DNA of 64,000 nt, taken from Octopus bimaculoides. Its lineage: Eukaryota. Below the pieces are notes generated by a model. The model did not search any database, was not told the DNA's origin, and saw only the letters and a program-made list of their open reading frames with translations. Shown here one piece after another: positions 25,407 to 39,409 of this stretch. Both the position numbers and the translations under genes were made by a program. Each line of letters starts with the position of its first letter. Position 1 is the stretch's first letter. The stretch is from positions 89,594,625 through 89,658,624 of the forward strand of contig NC_068982.1 in NCBI RefSeq assembly GCF_001194135.2, given 5' to 3'.

Positions 25407-25560
25407 TATATACGACGGGCTTCTTTCAGTTTCCGTCTACCAAATCCACTCCCGAGGCTATAGTAGAAGACACTTGCCCAAGATGCTATGCAGTGAGACT
25501 GAACCCGGAACCATGTGGTTGGTCAGCAAGCTACTTACCACACAGCCACTCCTGCGCCTA
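25115..25560 (-). mobile_element. Young, near-complete tRNA-derived SINE with internal (CA)n(TA)n
   Basis: CpG-retaining copy. On the minus strand the head reads aggcgcaggagtggctgtgtggtaagtagcttgc..ccaaccacatggttccgggttcagtc, with tail aagtaaaagagtaaaa. Confidence 0.88.
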
Positions 25561-25630
25561 TATATATATGTATGTATAATTGTATATGTATGTATATATA
25601 TGTGTGTGTGTGTGTGTATTTATTTGTGTG

Positions 25631-25671
<41 letters not shown>

Positions 25672-25674
<3 letters not shown>

Positions 25675-25925
25675 AAGGTGCGTGGCTTAATGGTTAGGGT
25701 GTTAGCATCATGATTGTAAGATTGTGGTTTTGATTCCTGGACTGCGCGACGCGTTGTGTTCTTGAGCAAAACACTTCCTTTCACGTTGCTCCAGTTCACT
25801 CAGTTGGCAAAAATGAGTAACGCTGCGATGGACTGGCATCCCATCCAGCTGGGGAACACATACGCCATAGAAACCGGGAAACTGGGCCCATGTGCCTGGC
25901 TAGGCTTTAAAAGGGCGCATTTATT
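25672..25925 (+). mobile_element. CORE-type tRNA SINE
   Basis: ggtgcgtggcttaatggttagggtg...ggttttgattcctgg (A/B-box-like), ttgtgttcttgagcaaaacactt core, gcgatggactggcatcccatccag, and a tttattttatt tail. Confidence 0.75.
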
Positions 25926-25940
25926 TTATTTATATATATG

Positions 25941-25992
<52 letters not shown>

Positions 25993-26581
25993 TGTACCTC
26001 CTCTATAGCAAGATGCCTGTTTCTGCCTCACTGCCTATCTGTCACACTCTGATTTTTCATCATCTGACACAAGATCACCTCTTCCAATGCCTTCTCCCCT
26101 CTCAAGATTTCTTGTCTTGCAAGTTACTTGGTGACCCTTCTGGTGCTGCTGCCACATAAAAAGCATTCAGTCCACACTGTGAAGTAGTTAACATTTGGAA
26201 GGGCACCCAGCTGTAAAAACCATGCCAAAACTGACCTTGTCTGTGATGGTGCCATGTAAAAAGCACTCAGTCCTCTCTGCTGGGTGGTTGGTTTTAAGAA
26301 GGGTATCCAGCCATAAAAACCATACCAAAACAGACAGAGTAGTCTGGTGCAGTCTTCTACCTGGCTGACTCCTGTCAAACCATCCAACCTATAGCAGTAT
26401 GGAAGGCAGACTTTAAACAACAATGATGGTGATGATGATATATATAGCTCCTTAAGAACATCTCTATTAGAGACAAGAGAAATATTCATACTGAGAAGTA
26501 ATGTGCTGCTATTTTAATCCCAGGAGGATGCCTCCTTCAGCTGGTGATTTAGTACACTTTGCACACAATATATATTGTAGG

Positions 26582-26660
<79 letters not shown>

Positions 26661-27712
26661 GTACACATGTGACAGCTTTCACACAATTTCTGTCAACCAA
26701 ATTTACTCACAAGGTATTGGTAGGTCTGGGGCTACAGCAGAAGACACTATGTAGTTGTAAAGTCTGCTTCTAAGCCAGACAGCCATGCTTGCACCTATTC
26801 AGTGGTCAGTATGGATACTGGTATATGTTCCATTTTGTCTCATTTGTAAAAGGAAGACTACATTGTGTTCTTTAGTTTGTATTTATCATTATGATCAGTG
26901 TCATGCTGGAGCACTACCTTTAGAAGTGAATTTTCTGTTATAACAGCTGTCTGTTTAGTTGATATAATAATACAAGAGCAAAAAGTTTTAACAATAGAAA
27001 GAAACAAATATACATAAGTATTTCTTTAAATATTTGTTGACTCAACTCATCTAAACAAGTGAACAAAGTTTTGTATAAAAGATTTAGAAATACGCTTTTC
27101 AATGCAAAAAGAAATATAAAAATGTATATATAAATTTACTGACAAAGCAAGGAATAATTTTTGCTTTGAGATGAAACTGTTTCTTCACACCGCTACTTCA
27201 CTTCTGTCATTGTCTTTTATTTCCGAAGAAAGTTCTTCATTTTAACATTCTACTAAAAGACTAACAGTCTGTGCACATTACACACACACACACACACACA
27301 GATGCACACACACACACACACACACACATGCACAGATGCAAACACACACATGCACAAACACACACACACACATACATACACACAAGCACACACAGGCACA
27401 TGCATACACTCGCAAATGCACACACCTATATATACATACACGTGTAACTGAGCACATATTTAAACATCTTCCATTGCTAAACTGAAAACTGATAATTTCT
27501 GAAGATTACTTTCTCATAAAAATTTTATTATGATAATCGTGTCATTTATTATTCTGAAGAGAAGTTGGCTTCTACCACTTATTTAGGTTAAGTTTACAAA
27601 AATTTGAATAGCTATTCATAAAGTAAATAAATATATAAATATATAAATATAAAGATACAAAAAATAAACAAAACTGCACACTCATCCATTGGAGTTGTTA
27701 CAAAATACTTAC

Positions 27713-27829
27713 AACAAATATTTGTGCCATTTTTTGTTGTTGTGGTATTGAGCAATGGTTTTCTATGGACAAGATTATAGGATATGGGGAATTAACAAAT
27801 GCTGCTCTGTTGATAGCCTCTACAACTGC
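27713..27829 (-). CDS. PLCE1: Phospholipase C epsilon, exon 6 in window (X box)
   Basis: [39 protein letters not shown] (117 nt, phase 0/0). Long polypyrimidine acceptor ...tctctttatacAG, donor GTT|GTAAGT. Confidence 0.97.
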
Positions 27830-29578
27830 CTGTATAAAGAGAGAAAAAGAAGAGAATAGATAATTATCATTTCAACATTTGTAGAATCTAATTCAATGCC
27901 TAATTTCAATTTTAGGTAAAATGGATTTTTGTATTTGCATCAGACTTTCTGTGCAGTATTGATTAGATGAATATAATGCTGTGATAGTGTTTTGCAGCCA
28001 AATATTTTTCCTTTTGTTAACAGTTACCTATTTTTCAAGTAAGGGATCTCTTATCTCACTTGTCTTCAAAGGCACAAAGCCAGAGGATGGTATCTTGACA
28101 GGGGAAATTATATTATCCCCACAACTTGTATCACAGTAATTTTTATGGTGCAAATACACAGACATGCACACATATATCCAGAGATACAGATGAACAATGC
28201 ATACATATGATGCGCTCCTTTCAGATTCTGCCTACAAAATCTACTCAAGATGAAACTTGCTCAAGGTGTCATACAGTAGGACTGAAGCTTACACTGAATG
28301 ACTGGGAAGTAAACTTCTTAAAGGAGATGGCCATACTCATCCTTTCATTATTTAAATGAAATAATAAACATGTTGACTATCATACTGTACTATAAAGGGC
28401 ACTCCACCAACACTCACTGAATAAGACAACCTTCCTTGACTTTATTTGAAGGATACACCTAGTCATGTCAAAATATGAATCTAAAATAATGAAATGAAAG
28501 ACTGCACTTCATGGGGTAAAGTACCAAATCCAAATGCTTACTCATTAAGCAATGGCTAGTACACTGTGATGTCATCATCATAAACAGCAGCAGCCACTTC
28601 TAGCATCCACTTTTCCATGTTTGCATCAGTCAGACAGAATTTGCAGAGACAAATTTTCTACAACCAGTTGTCCTTGCTGTTGCCAACCTTATATGTGTGA
28701 ATAAGATGAATGGAAATTGAAAGAAGCCTGTTGTGCATATTGTGTGTGTGAGAGAGAGAGAGAGAGAGGACTTTGTCTTGACATCGCATAATAATTGTAA
28801 ATGAGTTTCAGCATCATAATAGTGGTGTCATTCATTTCCAATCTTCCACAAAACATTCCTGGTCATGGAACAATATTACATTAGTCGGCAACAGATGAGA
28901 GTTGGCTACAAGAAGGGCATCTAGCTAGAAAAAAAATCTTCCTTAGTAACTTTCATCTGACCTATACAAGCATGATAAAGTGCTTGTTAAAATGATGATG
29001 GTGATGAGGATAATAAATATTTATTACTAATCGCTAAATTTTTTCAATGAATTAATGAAATGAATAATTAAGTTCTACAGCTGTTTATGGTTAAAGAAAC
29101 ATTGCTAAAGACTTTGTAACAGGTGATTTTTGTAAAGTAAATTATATGTAATGAAATTTACTTGATAATAAGAGATGATGTTTTCAAATATATAGCCATT
29201 GAGTTAGATAAACAGAGATTTACTGAAATTGTATTTCAACAGATAGGTGTATGTTTTAAGAGAAAGTTCTGCCATAACATTGTTGTTAGAAGGTAGTAAT
29301 GGTGAGCTCTGTGTTGATAGACAAAACATTAATATATATTTATCATTTCTCTTTTTCTTGTTTCAGTCATTTGACTGCAGCCATGCCAGGGCACAACCTT
29401 CAAGGGTTTTAGTCAAACAAATTGGCCCCAGAACTTCTTTTTTTTTCTTAAGCTTAGTACTTATTCTATCAGTTACTTTGGCCAAACTGCTAGGCTGTGG
29501 AGACGTTAACACATCAGCACCTGTTGCCAACACTAACAAAGACACACACACACGCATGCATGCACGCACGCACACACA

Positions 29579-29664
<86 letters not shown>

Positions 29665-29671
29665 GTATGTA

Positions 29672-30454
29672 TGAGGGGGGACCCAAAAGAAACTGGAATC
29701 TTGCAATATTATTTTATTCACTTAGATTTACATGTTTATAATTTTACTGCCTTCAAAGTATTCTCTATTTGAAGTAATGCATTGCTCCAGATGCACTTTC
29801 CACTGTTCATAGCAGTCCTGAAAATCTTGCAAAGAGATGCCTTTATATGCATTCAATCATGACTGCTTTTGATTCTCTGTGAGCAAGCAAGGCACAAATT
29901 TTGCTGCAACTCTTTTCATTCACAATTCCTCATTCAAAATTCATTGGCAGGAGCTCCAGGACACGGTCATATCAATAAGTTTGTCAATTGTTCAGCAGTG
30001 GTCCTCCAAGATCAGTTCATGAAATTTTGTGATTGTTTTCATTCGATCAGGAGGTCACTGGTCACTCTCAACAAGATTGGTATTCAATGTGAAAACCATT
30101 CATAAACTTGTGAGTTGTTCATGGCAGCAATCTTGTAAGTTGTTTGAGGCATGACAATTGTTTTGACCATCGTTTTCCCTGGCAGAAAACAAGAATTTCA
30201 CAGAAGCCTGCTGTTCTTTCATTTCAGCCAACACAAAAATTGACAAACAGAGAAACAGAGAAGAAGCACTGAATGCAAAGATGCACCACATGGTAGTATG
30301 ACTTAAACAGACACTGACGGTCAGCAGACTGATGCCTAGTGGCTTCTAGTGGTGGAAGCCAAGTGGCTTCAAGTGGCTTCCAGCAGTGGAAGCCCGAACT
30401 ATAACAGGCTTGTCTCACAGAGAACGTTTGCAGTTACTTTTGGGTACCCTCTTG
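29672..30454 (-). mobile_element. Internally deleted mariner element nested in a SINE microsatellite
   Basis: TA-flanked TIRs (ta)tgaggggggacccaaaagaaac / gttacttttgggtaccctcttg(ta). Minus-strand remnants MKEQQASVKF... and ...WKVHLEQCITSNREYFEG. The two SINE halves lie at ~29355-29580 and ~30565-30715. Confidence 0.8.
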
Positions 30455-30500
<46 letters not shown>

Positions 30501-31899
30501 AGGAAAAATTCAGTTGTCACTGAGGGTGCTGGGTAGCACCTATATTGCTAGAAATAAGAGGAGACGGCAGGCTTCTTTCACTTTGCCTCTACCAAATCTA
30601 CTCACAAGGCTTTGGTCAGCCTGAAGTTATAGTAAAAGGCACTTGCCCAAGGTGCCATAGAGTGAGACTTAACTCAGAACTATGTTGTTCAGAAGCAAGT
30701 TTTGACCACACACCCACAAAGTTAAAAATCAAAAACAAAAGTAAGTGAAATACCACTGCTGCTATACAAGTCAGTTGTAGAGTTTAGTTATATAATATTA
30801 TTCTCCCAATCAATCAGTGTAGTGTCACATAGCTATCTTGACGCCATACAATTGTCAATGTATTGAAATATATATGGATTACAGTATTCTGAATCTGTAC
30901 ATAATTTATTACAGTATCTGAATATGATATAATTTATCTGTGCTTTATCTATGAATGCCAATGAACAAGGAATTATGATACATATTTTATATAAAACTAA
31001 TTAAATACAAAAGATTTCACTGGGTAATTGAGACAAGATCCGAGTAATGGTTGAGTTTTCTGGTAAGATAGGGATAGCAACAGCCATAAATTTCTTTGAC
31101 ATTTCCATTGAAACTGAGCCAAAAATCTAATTTGATATTAGAAATGTTTGTTTAACAAAAATTTTGCAAATTTAGAGTAATATTACATTGTTTCTGCAAG
31201 AAGCTTTATAATTTCTTGAGAACAATTCTAACAAGCATCATCTAAGGATAATTTTAGAAAGTATCACAAATAGAACGATATTTAAATTAAATTAAATGCA
31301 ACATTTTGGGGATATAAACAAACATGTGGAATATATTACAGCTTTCTCTGAAGGATTTTCAGAGCTTATAGCTTAAGGTAATGAGAAAAATCAAATTAAA
31401 AAGCCACAGTTGAATATAACTTGGTCCCATCAGCTATGATGTTACTAAGGTCTAAAATACTTCTATTTGCATAGCAACATTTAGTGACATTCTGTTTAAA
31501 ATTGATATTAGAAGAAATTTCCACTATGATAATTCTAGAAACTTCAAAACTGTTTTCAGATAATTAAGGTTAAATTTACTATCAGTAATCCTTTTTAATA
31601 ATAATAATAATAATCCTTTCTACTATAGGTAAGGCCTGAAATTTGTGGGGAGGGAGATAGTCAATTACATCGACTTCAGCACTTGACTGGTTCTTGATTT
31701 TTTGACCCTGAAAGGATGAAAGGCAAAGTCGACCTTGTCATAATTTGAACTCAGAACATAGGGGCAGGTGAAATACCACTAAGCATTTTGCTCAACATGC
31801 TAACAGACAGTTTGCAATTTGAGTGAGGGTTTACATAAAAACCAGTAGAGAAGTAGTGGAGGTGAGGGGAGAGAAAAGATAAAAAGTATACATAGTACC

Positions 31900-32720
31900 A
31901 CAAATTATGTGAACACATAACCTCCAGCTTGAGTCATTCAAGGAATCCTACAGATCCAATACCACCCTGACTACCAAGGGCTCAAACTCTTGCCCAACAG
32001 TTGTCTTCCAATCTACAGGCACATGACTAGAGTGGATTCATTCACTCTAAGTATTTTTGCCATAATCACCCACCTTTTGACAAACTTACTGGAAGAGAGC
32101 ACTTCCTGCTTCACCCTCACTCTTCTTTCCAGGTGGAACTTAAACAACTTGATCTAGGCTTGACCAAAGAGAGCAGTGTCTGTCCTCATGCAACTATAAG
32201 AAATATTGCCTACCTTGTGTTGCTAAAGGTAGGTGGTTGGTCAATCCTCATGATGTTCTCAGCTGATAGCCAATTACATCCTACATGTAACAACAGCTGT
32301 TTGATCTAATTCCGCCAACCAACAATGCTTGGACACTGCACGAACATGTGCATAGCAGTTTTCTTGTTTTGCATCTATCACAGACAGTTCCACATTGTGG
32401 CACCTCAATGCTTGTAGCATTTGTCCCATAACAGTAGTGCCCTTTGGTAACACTTACCAGGCCAGGGATTTCTGGAAGTTATCTATTGTAGTCCCCAGCT
32501 TGCAGCTTTTCCAAAACAGACCTGCCATTTGTCCCCATTGACACCTAAAGTTTCACTGGGAATATTATCTCCCTTACCCATCGCTACTAGATCTCTATAT
32601 ATTGCTGATGTATAACTTCAACCAAGCACATTGCTCAACTGTTAGAAGGAAGTGTGTGCTTGGTGACATTCCAGGAGTCAGGCATCCAGTCTTGGTCTTT
32701 TCTTGACCCAAGACTGTAGC
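31900..32720 (-). mobile_element. L1/Tx1-like LINE ORF2 C-terminal fragment (zinc-knuckle region)
   Basis: The minus strand gives a broken C-D-R-C-K..ETAMHMFVQCPSI motif (CxxC..ET..H.F..C) with upstream W-rich residues; many stops. Confidence 0.6.
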
Positions 32721-33037
32721 TCCATCAAACATGAGCCACAGAGAAATAACAAGTCAGTTATATACAGTGCTCAGGTGCATTACAGTTCATTTGAAAAAGC
32801 AAAAAGGGGACAAAATCAGTAATAATCAAGTAAAGAAAGATAGTAATGATAACCAAAATTGTATGCACAGTACACAAAATGACAAAAAAGGGAACAGCAA
32901 TTCTATTGGAATTCTATTTGCTTCACAAAATGCATTATCATAAATCTATAACATGAAAAGTAAAAGAGACGCTTTATAATGAAGTAAAGAGAGAATGAAA
33001 ATAAAAAATTACTACAAGAGCTTTATAAAAATATTAC

Positions 33038-33145
33038 CTTAAATGAGATCTTTGTAGTGAGTGTATGTCCGTGATATATAATTGGCATTCCATCATCTCC
33101 ATCCCAACAGTCAAGTTCTACACATCGGCAACCCATTAGGAGTAT
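33038..33145 (-). CDS. PLCE1: Phospholipase C epsilon, exon 5 in window (X box, second catalytic His)
   Basis: [36 protein letters not shown] (108 nt, phase 0/0). Acceptor tttctctttccacAG, donor AAG|GTAATA. Confidence 0.97.
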
Positions 33146-33610
33146 CTGTGGAAAGAGAAATTGATTATATATACATAAAGAATGGATGGTCACTCAAAGT
33201 GGATAGGATTTGTGAAAGAGAGAAGCCCAGGAAGACATGGGACAAAGTAGTGAAGGTAGATCAAAGCAGATCTAAAAATGCTGAGTCTCACAGAGATGAC
33301 AAAGGACAGAGATGATCATTAATTTGCTGTGTGCACAAAAAGACTTGTCCATCAGAGCGAAAATGAAGACCCGAAAACATTCTATGTAGGCTTGTAATCC
33401 ATTCTGCTCTATCAAACATTCCCTTACATCTCATTTCCCTAACACCCAGCCCCACCAATCACTGTTCTATCTATGGCACTACTTAGTGGCTGTAAGGGAT
33501 TGAGAGCTGAATTGTCACATATTACTCCCCCTACTTCCTTTGTACCACCAGTTACCTTCTCTTCCCCTGGAATCTTCCATCCCTTATTCTCATTGTCATC
33601 CCTTCCCACA

Positions 33611-33760
33611 TGACTAGGATGGTCTGAAAAGTTCATAGGCTGACTATGAAGGAGTGATGCAAGAGCTGTGAGATCTTGCATGCATTAATTTCAACTTCTC
33701 TTAATAACTGCATTGTTTTCTTCCCAGGTAAACTGACATCTGACTGTTCAAAGAAGACTA
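33611..33760 (+). mobile_element. Solo mariner left end (same family as 54180)
   Basis: ggtctgaaaagttcataggctgactatgaaggagtgatgc...ccaggtaaactgacatctgactgttcaaagaagact is nearly identical to 54186-54330. Confidence 0.85.
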
Positions 33761-33779
33761 GTGCTGTCGTTTCTCTTGC

Positions 33780-34230
33780 ATACCACATCTGATGCTTCTT
33801 ACACATCCAGTGAAACATACTGGTTTCATTCCTTGCGAGCTAACACATGTCCTCAGCAGTCACGGCCCATGTTTCACTGCCACGTAGCAAGGCTGTTCAT
33901 ACACAAGCATCATTCAGTTTACCTTTTACTCTGAGTGAGAGGCTCTTTGTCACCACCAGAGGTAGGAGCTCTCTGAACTTTACCCAGCCTATTCTTATTC
34001 TAGCAGCTACACTTTCAGAGCATCCACCCCCGCTACTGACTTGGTCACTTAAGTAATGGAAGCTATCAACTACTTCTAGTTTTTTCCCCCTGGAATGTGA
34101 CGGAGGCTGTTCTCTGCACATTTTCAGTGTTTATTGCTCCTGAGTATTTGCCACACACAAAAACTATCTTCCCAGTCAGCCTTCCTTTGATATTGCTGCA
34201 TCTCTTATGTGTCCACAGCTTACACTGGGT
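33780..34230 (-). mobile_element. RTE LINE reverse-transcriptase fragment
   Basis: ORF 33897-34121 GKKLEVVDSFHYLSDQVSSGGGCSESVAARIRIGWVKFRELLPL...LSLRVKGKL. Related fragments at ~33190-33400 (+), 51830-52140 (+) and 52230-52450 (-). Confidence 0.85.
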
Positions 34231-35825
34231 ACATCTTATGAGAGAGAGAGAGAGAGAAATAGATAAATAAGATGCAGTTTATACCATTTGTCTCCGTCAC
34301 ACACTTTGCCATCATGGAAAATGATACTCTATATGGAGCTCTATATTCAGCAGTAACAGTTGTACATCTAACTGTATTGAACAAACAGGAACTACCCCCC
34401 CACCACCACACCACATCAGCTTGTAAGTCTGTTTATTTTAGTAAGCTCTGTGCAACACTGGAGATAATGACTGTACTGTGCTATGGGTTGTGGTGGTGAA
34501 TTTGATGATGGTGATGACAGTGATGATCATAGTGATGATAATGAAGTAGTAAAAATTAATCACTAAATGCAATGAGAATATTTACCATATTTATTTGTGT
34601 ATAATACATATATAATGTGCATCACAAATTATGGACTCTGAAATCCCATAAAAACTATACCTCATGAATAATACACATTGACTTTTCTTTAGTATTACAG
34701 TAAGAAGTATTTAGTCAGATTTATTATAATTGCTGTCTGAAATACATTTAAAACATTCATGTATCTAAAACAAAACAAAACAAAGAAAAAGAGCTAATTC
34801 AAAAGTGACCTCGGAACTTTATTGGTGTCAGCTGTAAAAGTGCACCTGTTCTAAAGTCAACTTTGTGAATATCACATGAATGTGCTTTTCATAGAAAATC
34901 AATTTCACTTTGATAATGATGATTTACTTAAATAAGTTTTTATGCAATTTCATTATTCAGTTTATACAGTGATACACACATGGTTGTGTTGTTCCAGGAG
35001 ATCAAAGTATTTATTGTTTAAACATACATTTTTGATAACCTTTTTGACTTCATTTATTATGTGACTTTTGAAGCAAGAGACAATGGTCTTCAGTTTTTGT
35101 TTGGTAGATCAGATAATTAGGAAGTGGCCAAAAGCACATTTTCTTATTTTCAAATTTAAGAATAAGTTGCATTCTGAATTTAGAAGGTTGTTATTTTTTA
35201 CTCAGCATTTTACTAAATCGAAACACAGCATATAAATCCTTCTAATACCAACCTACCTGAAACTCCTGTTTGTCTGTGTTATGACATGGGTATACACATC
35301 TGATGTAAAATGGTATTACACAAATAGATATTTGATTGTGGTTATCTAAAAATAACCTATTGCAGAAATACACATTTAACACAGGATGCACTCCATACTA
35401 CTCAAACATAGTTACGATTCTCAGTATTCCCTGTTCAACTACTGACTGTTAAACCAACACACTTGAACTAATACCATCAACTACTCTCATGACAGTTCAC
35501 TCAGTTGTTATTTATTGTAATCAATTAGTCCACCTTCAGTTGTCTGGGGGTGTTCAGGATTCTCCCATAGCATCTCCCCTTTTTAAGAATTTAGCTCCAC
35601 CCAGGGCTTAATACCTTTTGTGTTTCAGGTCTATTTCAAGTACTTCTGTTCGTTTTCTTTTTCTCTTTCTTGAACATGTAGTTTCCACAATTTGCTTAGG
35701 TGCTGGTACATATGTAATTGTAATATCTCTCATGCTCTGCTGGTGCCAACGTTCGCAACAAAAGTGGAGTATTTTTTTCTCATCTTGCCAGTCACAGCAT
35801 TCTTCTCTAAAAAATTTATTCCCTC

Positions 35826-36205
35826 ATAGGCAAAGGAGTGGCTGTGTGGTAAGAAGCTTGCTTCCCAACCACATGGTTCCGGGTTCAGTCCCACTGCATG
35901 GCACCTTGGACAATTGTCTTCTACTATAGCTTTGGGCCGACCAAAGCCTTGTGAGTGGATTTGGTAGACGGAAACTGAAAGAAGCCCATCGTGTATATAT
36001 TTGTAGATATATGTATGTATTTGTTGTTTGTGTCTGTGTTTGTCCCCCCACCATCACTTGACAACCGATGTTGGCGTGTTTATGACCGATAGAATAAGCA
36101 CTGGGCTTACAAAGAATAAGTCTTGGGGATCAATTTATTCGATTAATGGTGGTGCTCCAGCATGGCCGCAGTCAAATGACTGAAACAGGTAAAAGAATAA
36201 AAGAA
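35826..36205 (+). mobile_element. Complete tRNA-derived SINE (most abundant family in the window)
   Basis: Head ggcaaaggagtggctgtgtggtaagaagcttgcttcccaaccacatggttccgggttcagtcccactgc, core ggcaccttggacaattgtcttc, internal microsatellite, and tail gactgaaacaggtaaaagaataaaaga. Other copies at ~23885-24190 (-), 58303-58515 (+, 3' half) and 61305-61680 (-). Confidence 0.88.
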
Positions 36206-37249
36206 TACCTTCTAAAGTAAGCAGGGAAGGCAGTACACTCCTCTGGGTTAAATGCAAACCTTCTGATCGAGTTTGTGACAGTGTCAAAGGTAAATGAACT
36301 TTTTGTATTTTCTGTTTTCTTTTATATCAGTTGTACTAACAGTTGTTGTTGCTTCTGAAATTCCAACAACTCTTGTTGTTGTTTCTGTAATTGAATTACT
36401 GAAGCTAGTAAACCTTCCATGTTTAAGCAAACATCACTCCAACACAAGCTTTGAGTAATCTCTTCACCAAAAGTCTGATACAAAATTCTTATTTGAGAAT
36501 TATATAAGCTTAAAACTTCCTATCAAAATTTCATGTTAATGTATATTCCAAACACAAGCTTAATAACAATAAAGTTATTTTACTAAATTACTTCAGGCAG
36601 TGTATTCTAACAGAAATATGGTAACAAAAGGGTTAAATTGATAAACAAAATAATCATTCAAATACTCCATCCAGTGTTTCATATATAATTTCACTGGACA
36701 TAAATTGTGTAGACTGCATATAGATAGTATCTATTTGTTATATAAATTTCTGCTTGGATAGAAACAAAATCAGTGTTTCAGTGTTATCAGTGTCAATTTC
36801 ATATCAACAAATATGAGCAAAATTTTGTATTTAAACATTTATCTGTAGAATTTCTGTTCTGATACGGACAGCCAAGCATGTTTATTATTATCATCATAAG
36901 CATGCTCCAAGCCAGTAACATAATATTTAGATCATTAATTCATACTTATAAGAACATAAGGAATGTTTATTATATTATTGTTACAGAAAAATGGCATTGT
37001 GATTTTAAATCTGCTACACATTAGTTAGCTTCAGTAATAGATATAACTTACTTCTGCTCATACTGTCCTAATCATAGCCATGTCCTAATCATAGTCAGGG
37101 AATGAAGAGCATTGAGTTCTGGTATATAAAGCATAAACCCTAACAACTGGAATTTAAAACCAAGGTTAACAAATTATATATTATACATGAAGTCATTAGG
37201 TAGTCAAGGGATACAAGGAAGAAAAACAAGAAAACCAAAGTTTGCTTAC

Positions 37250-37354
37250 TTGACTATACAGTTCTACTGATGATTCTCCTTTGAGTTGATGACCAGTTAG
37301 GTATGTGTTATGTGAAGATGCTATATAGTAATGAGACAATGGGTGATCCATATC
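37250..37354 (-). CDS. PLCE1: Phospholipase C epsilon, exon 4 in window (PI-PLC X box, first catalytic His)
   Basis: [35 protein letters not shown] (105 nt, phase 0/0). Acceptor acttcacAG, donor CAA|GTAAGC. Carries the SSHNTYL signature. Confidence 0.97.
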
Positions 37355-38820
37355 CTGTGAAGTATTCAAGCAAAAACAGATCAGAATTAGTTCAGATGCT
37401 ATATAAAATCAATTAAAGATATTTTTCATGTGGATTATTTAGTAGGAACATGCACACATGCATTATCATCATCATCATTTAATGTCTGGCTTTCATGTTG
37501 GCATAGGTTAGATGATTTGATGGGAGCTGGCAAGCTAGAGGACTGCATCAAGCTTCACTGTCTACTTTGGCATGGATTTTACACCTAGATGCCCTTTCTA
37601 ACACCAACCACTTTACTGAGTGAACTGAGTGTCTTTTTACATGTCACCAGTAATATATGTGTGGGTGAGTATTATTAAGAAGTAGCTTCCCGCTCACATG
37701 ATTTTAGTTGCAGTTCCACTGTGTGACACCTTGAGAACGAGGTATCTTCCATCACAGGCCCTGGCCAACCAAGCCTTATAGGCTTGATAGATATAATCTG
37801 ATATATATATATATATATATATTTGTATTCATGTGTGTGTTTCTGTGAGTGAGCTCATATTTCCTTCCTCTTCACATGTTTTCACTTGCTGGTTGTGAAC
37901 AACAGTTTTGTTGATGGTTTCCCTTGCTTGCATTTCACTGTGAAAGCATGCCTGAACTTCTTGATGTGTTGCACAGTCTTTGTAAACAAAGGTTTCATTC
38001 ATACAGTGTTGTTTGTTTCCAGTACTCTGGATAAGCATGTCCAGGCTTTTTGTTGTTCAGTAGACTGGAATATTAGTGCCTCACACTTGGAAATAAATAA
38101 AGGGAAGCGTAATAGCATTCAGCTATAAAAAAAATCTCTGCCACAACATACTCTTGTCTGTCTCATGCAAGTATGAGGGAAATAGACATTAAAACAATGA
38201 TGATATATATTGGATGAAGGCATGATTAGATAGTTAAGAAGTTTGTTTCAAAATCATGAGGTCCTGGACTCAGTCTTACTTCTTATCTTACATGACTCTT
38301 TTAGCAGAGCCTTGAATTGACCCAAGCATTTGAGTGAAATCTGTATAGAAGGAATGTTCATGAAATTGACTGTAATCTGTTACACTTTGTCATACTGATT
38401 ATATTCATTTTGGATAGAAAAAGTTAAAGGATGCTTTTTTCAAAAAATAGTTATTTCATGTTCTCTAGAAAGTTTATAAATTCTTATGATGTCAATGCCA
38501 TACAATTCTTGCTAGTAAGAATAAAGTTTCTAGATTGGGTAGAGAAATTTGAAGGATTGTTTTGGTCTGATGGTAGAATACTTGTCATGTCTACAAGTGA
38601 TTTAGGTTGAAATCTTGGGCAACCTTCAACTTTTTTATTTCCAAAGTGCTGTTATTTGTAGCTCTGTGTGCTTTGAGACTGAGTTACAAAAAAGATGTAT
38701 GCATTTGTGTGTGAGTGTGTGTGTGTGTGTGTTGACAAGCATTGAGAGAAATAAGTTGATGAAGAGTGAAATAATTATGCTTTGCTCATTATAATTACAC
38801 ACATACATACACACACACAT

Positions 38821-38903
<83 letters not shown>

Positions 38904-39092
38904 CACACACGCACACAGAGTTTTACACTTCAGACTAATTACAGTTAGTCTCTAGAGCTATTATCTATGATACAGAGTAAACCAATTTTGTTTCCTAATC
39001 AGAATATGAAGACCTGTGAGGTATCAATTAAAAAGATAAGATTTTCTTAATTTCAAAACACAACATTGAAAAATTTTTTTTTTACATCTTAC

Positions 39093-39215
39093 CTCTTTTC
39101 GGCACTTTAGTTTTTCGTTTATGTATGCATAGTTCTCTTTATCCATCAGATACCTGGCAAAGCCTTCAAATGAAAGATATCCATGTTCTCGTGGAATTGG
39201 ATTAGGTTCATGAAG
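39093..39215 (-). CDS. PLCE1: Phospholipase C epsilon, exon 3 in window (end of EF-hand region)
   Basis: Too short for the ORF track; translated by hand: LHEPNPIPREHGYLSFEGFARYLMDKENYAYINEKLKCRKE (123 nt, phase 0/0). Acceptor ctcattaaaAG, donor GAG|GTAAGA. LSFEGFARYLMDKENY is the conserved pre-X-box motif. Confidence 0.95.
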
Positions 39216-39409
39216 CTTTTAATGAGAAATAAAGAGAAATTTATACAAAAGCTTTTTCTTCCTTAAAATAACCATTATTCATGATACATAACATGTTCAG
39301 AAATCTTTGGCTTGCTTTTATGTTTTAATTCATATTTTCCAATCACGAATATCGTAATGTTTTCTTCTTTATTTATTGTTTATTTAATCATATATATATA
39401 TATATATGT

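Noticed and set aside
37829-38128. Non-repetitive stretch with ORFs on both strands between exons 3 and 4
   Set aside because: All minus-strand frames from the available acceptors hit stops, and exons 3 and 4 join directly with continuous PLC homology.
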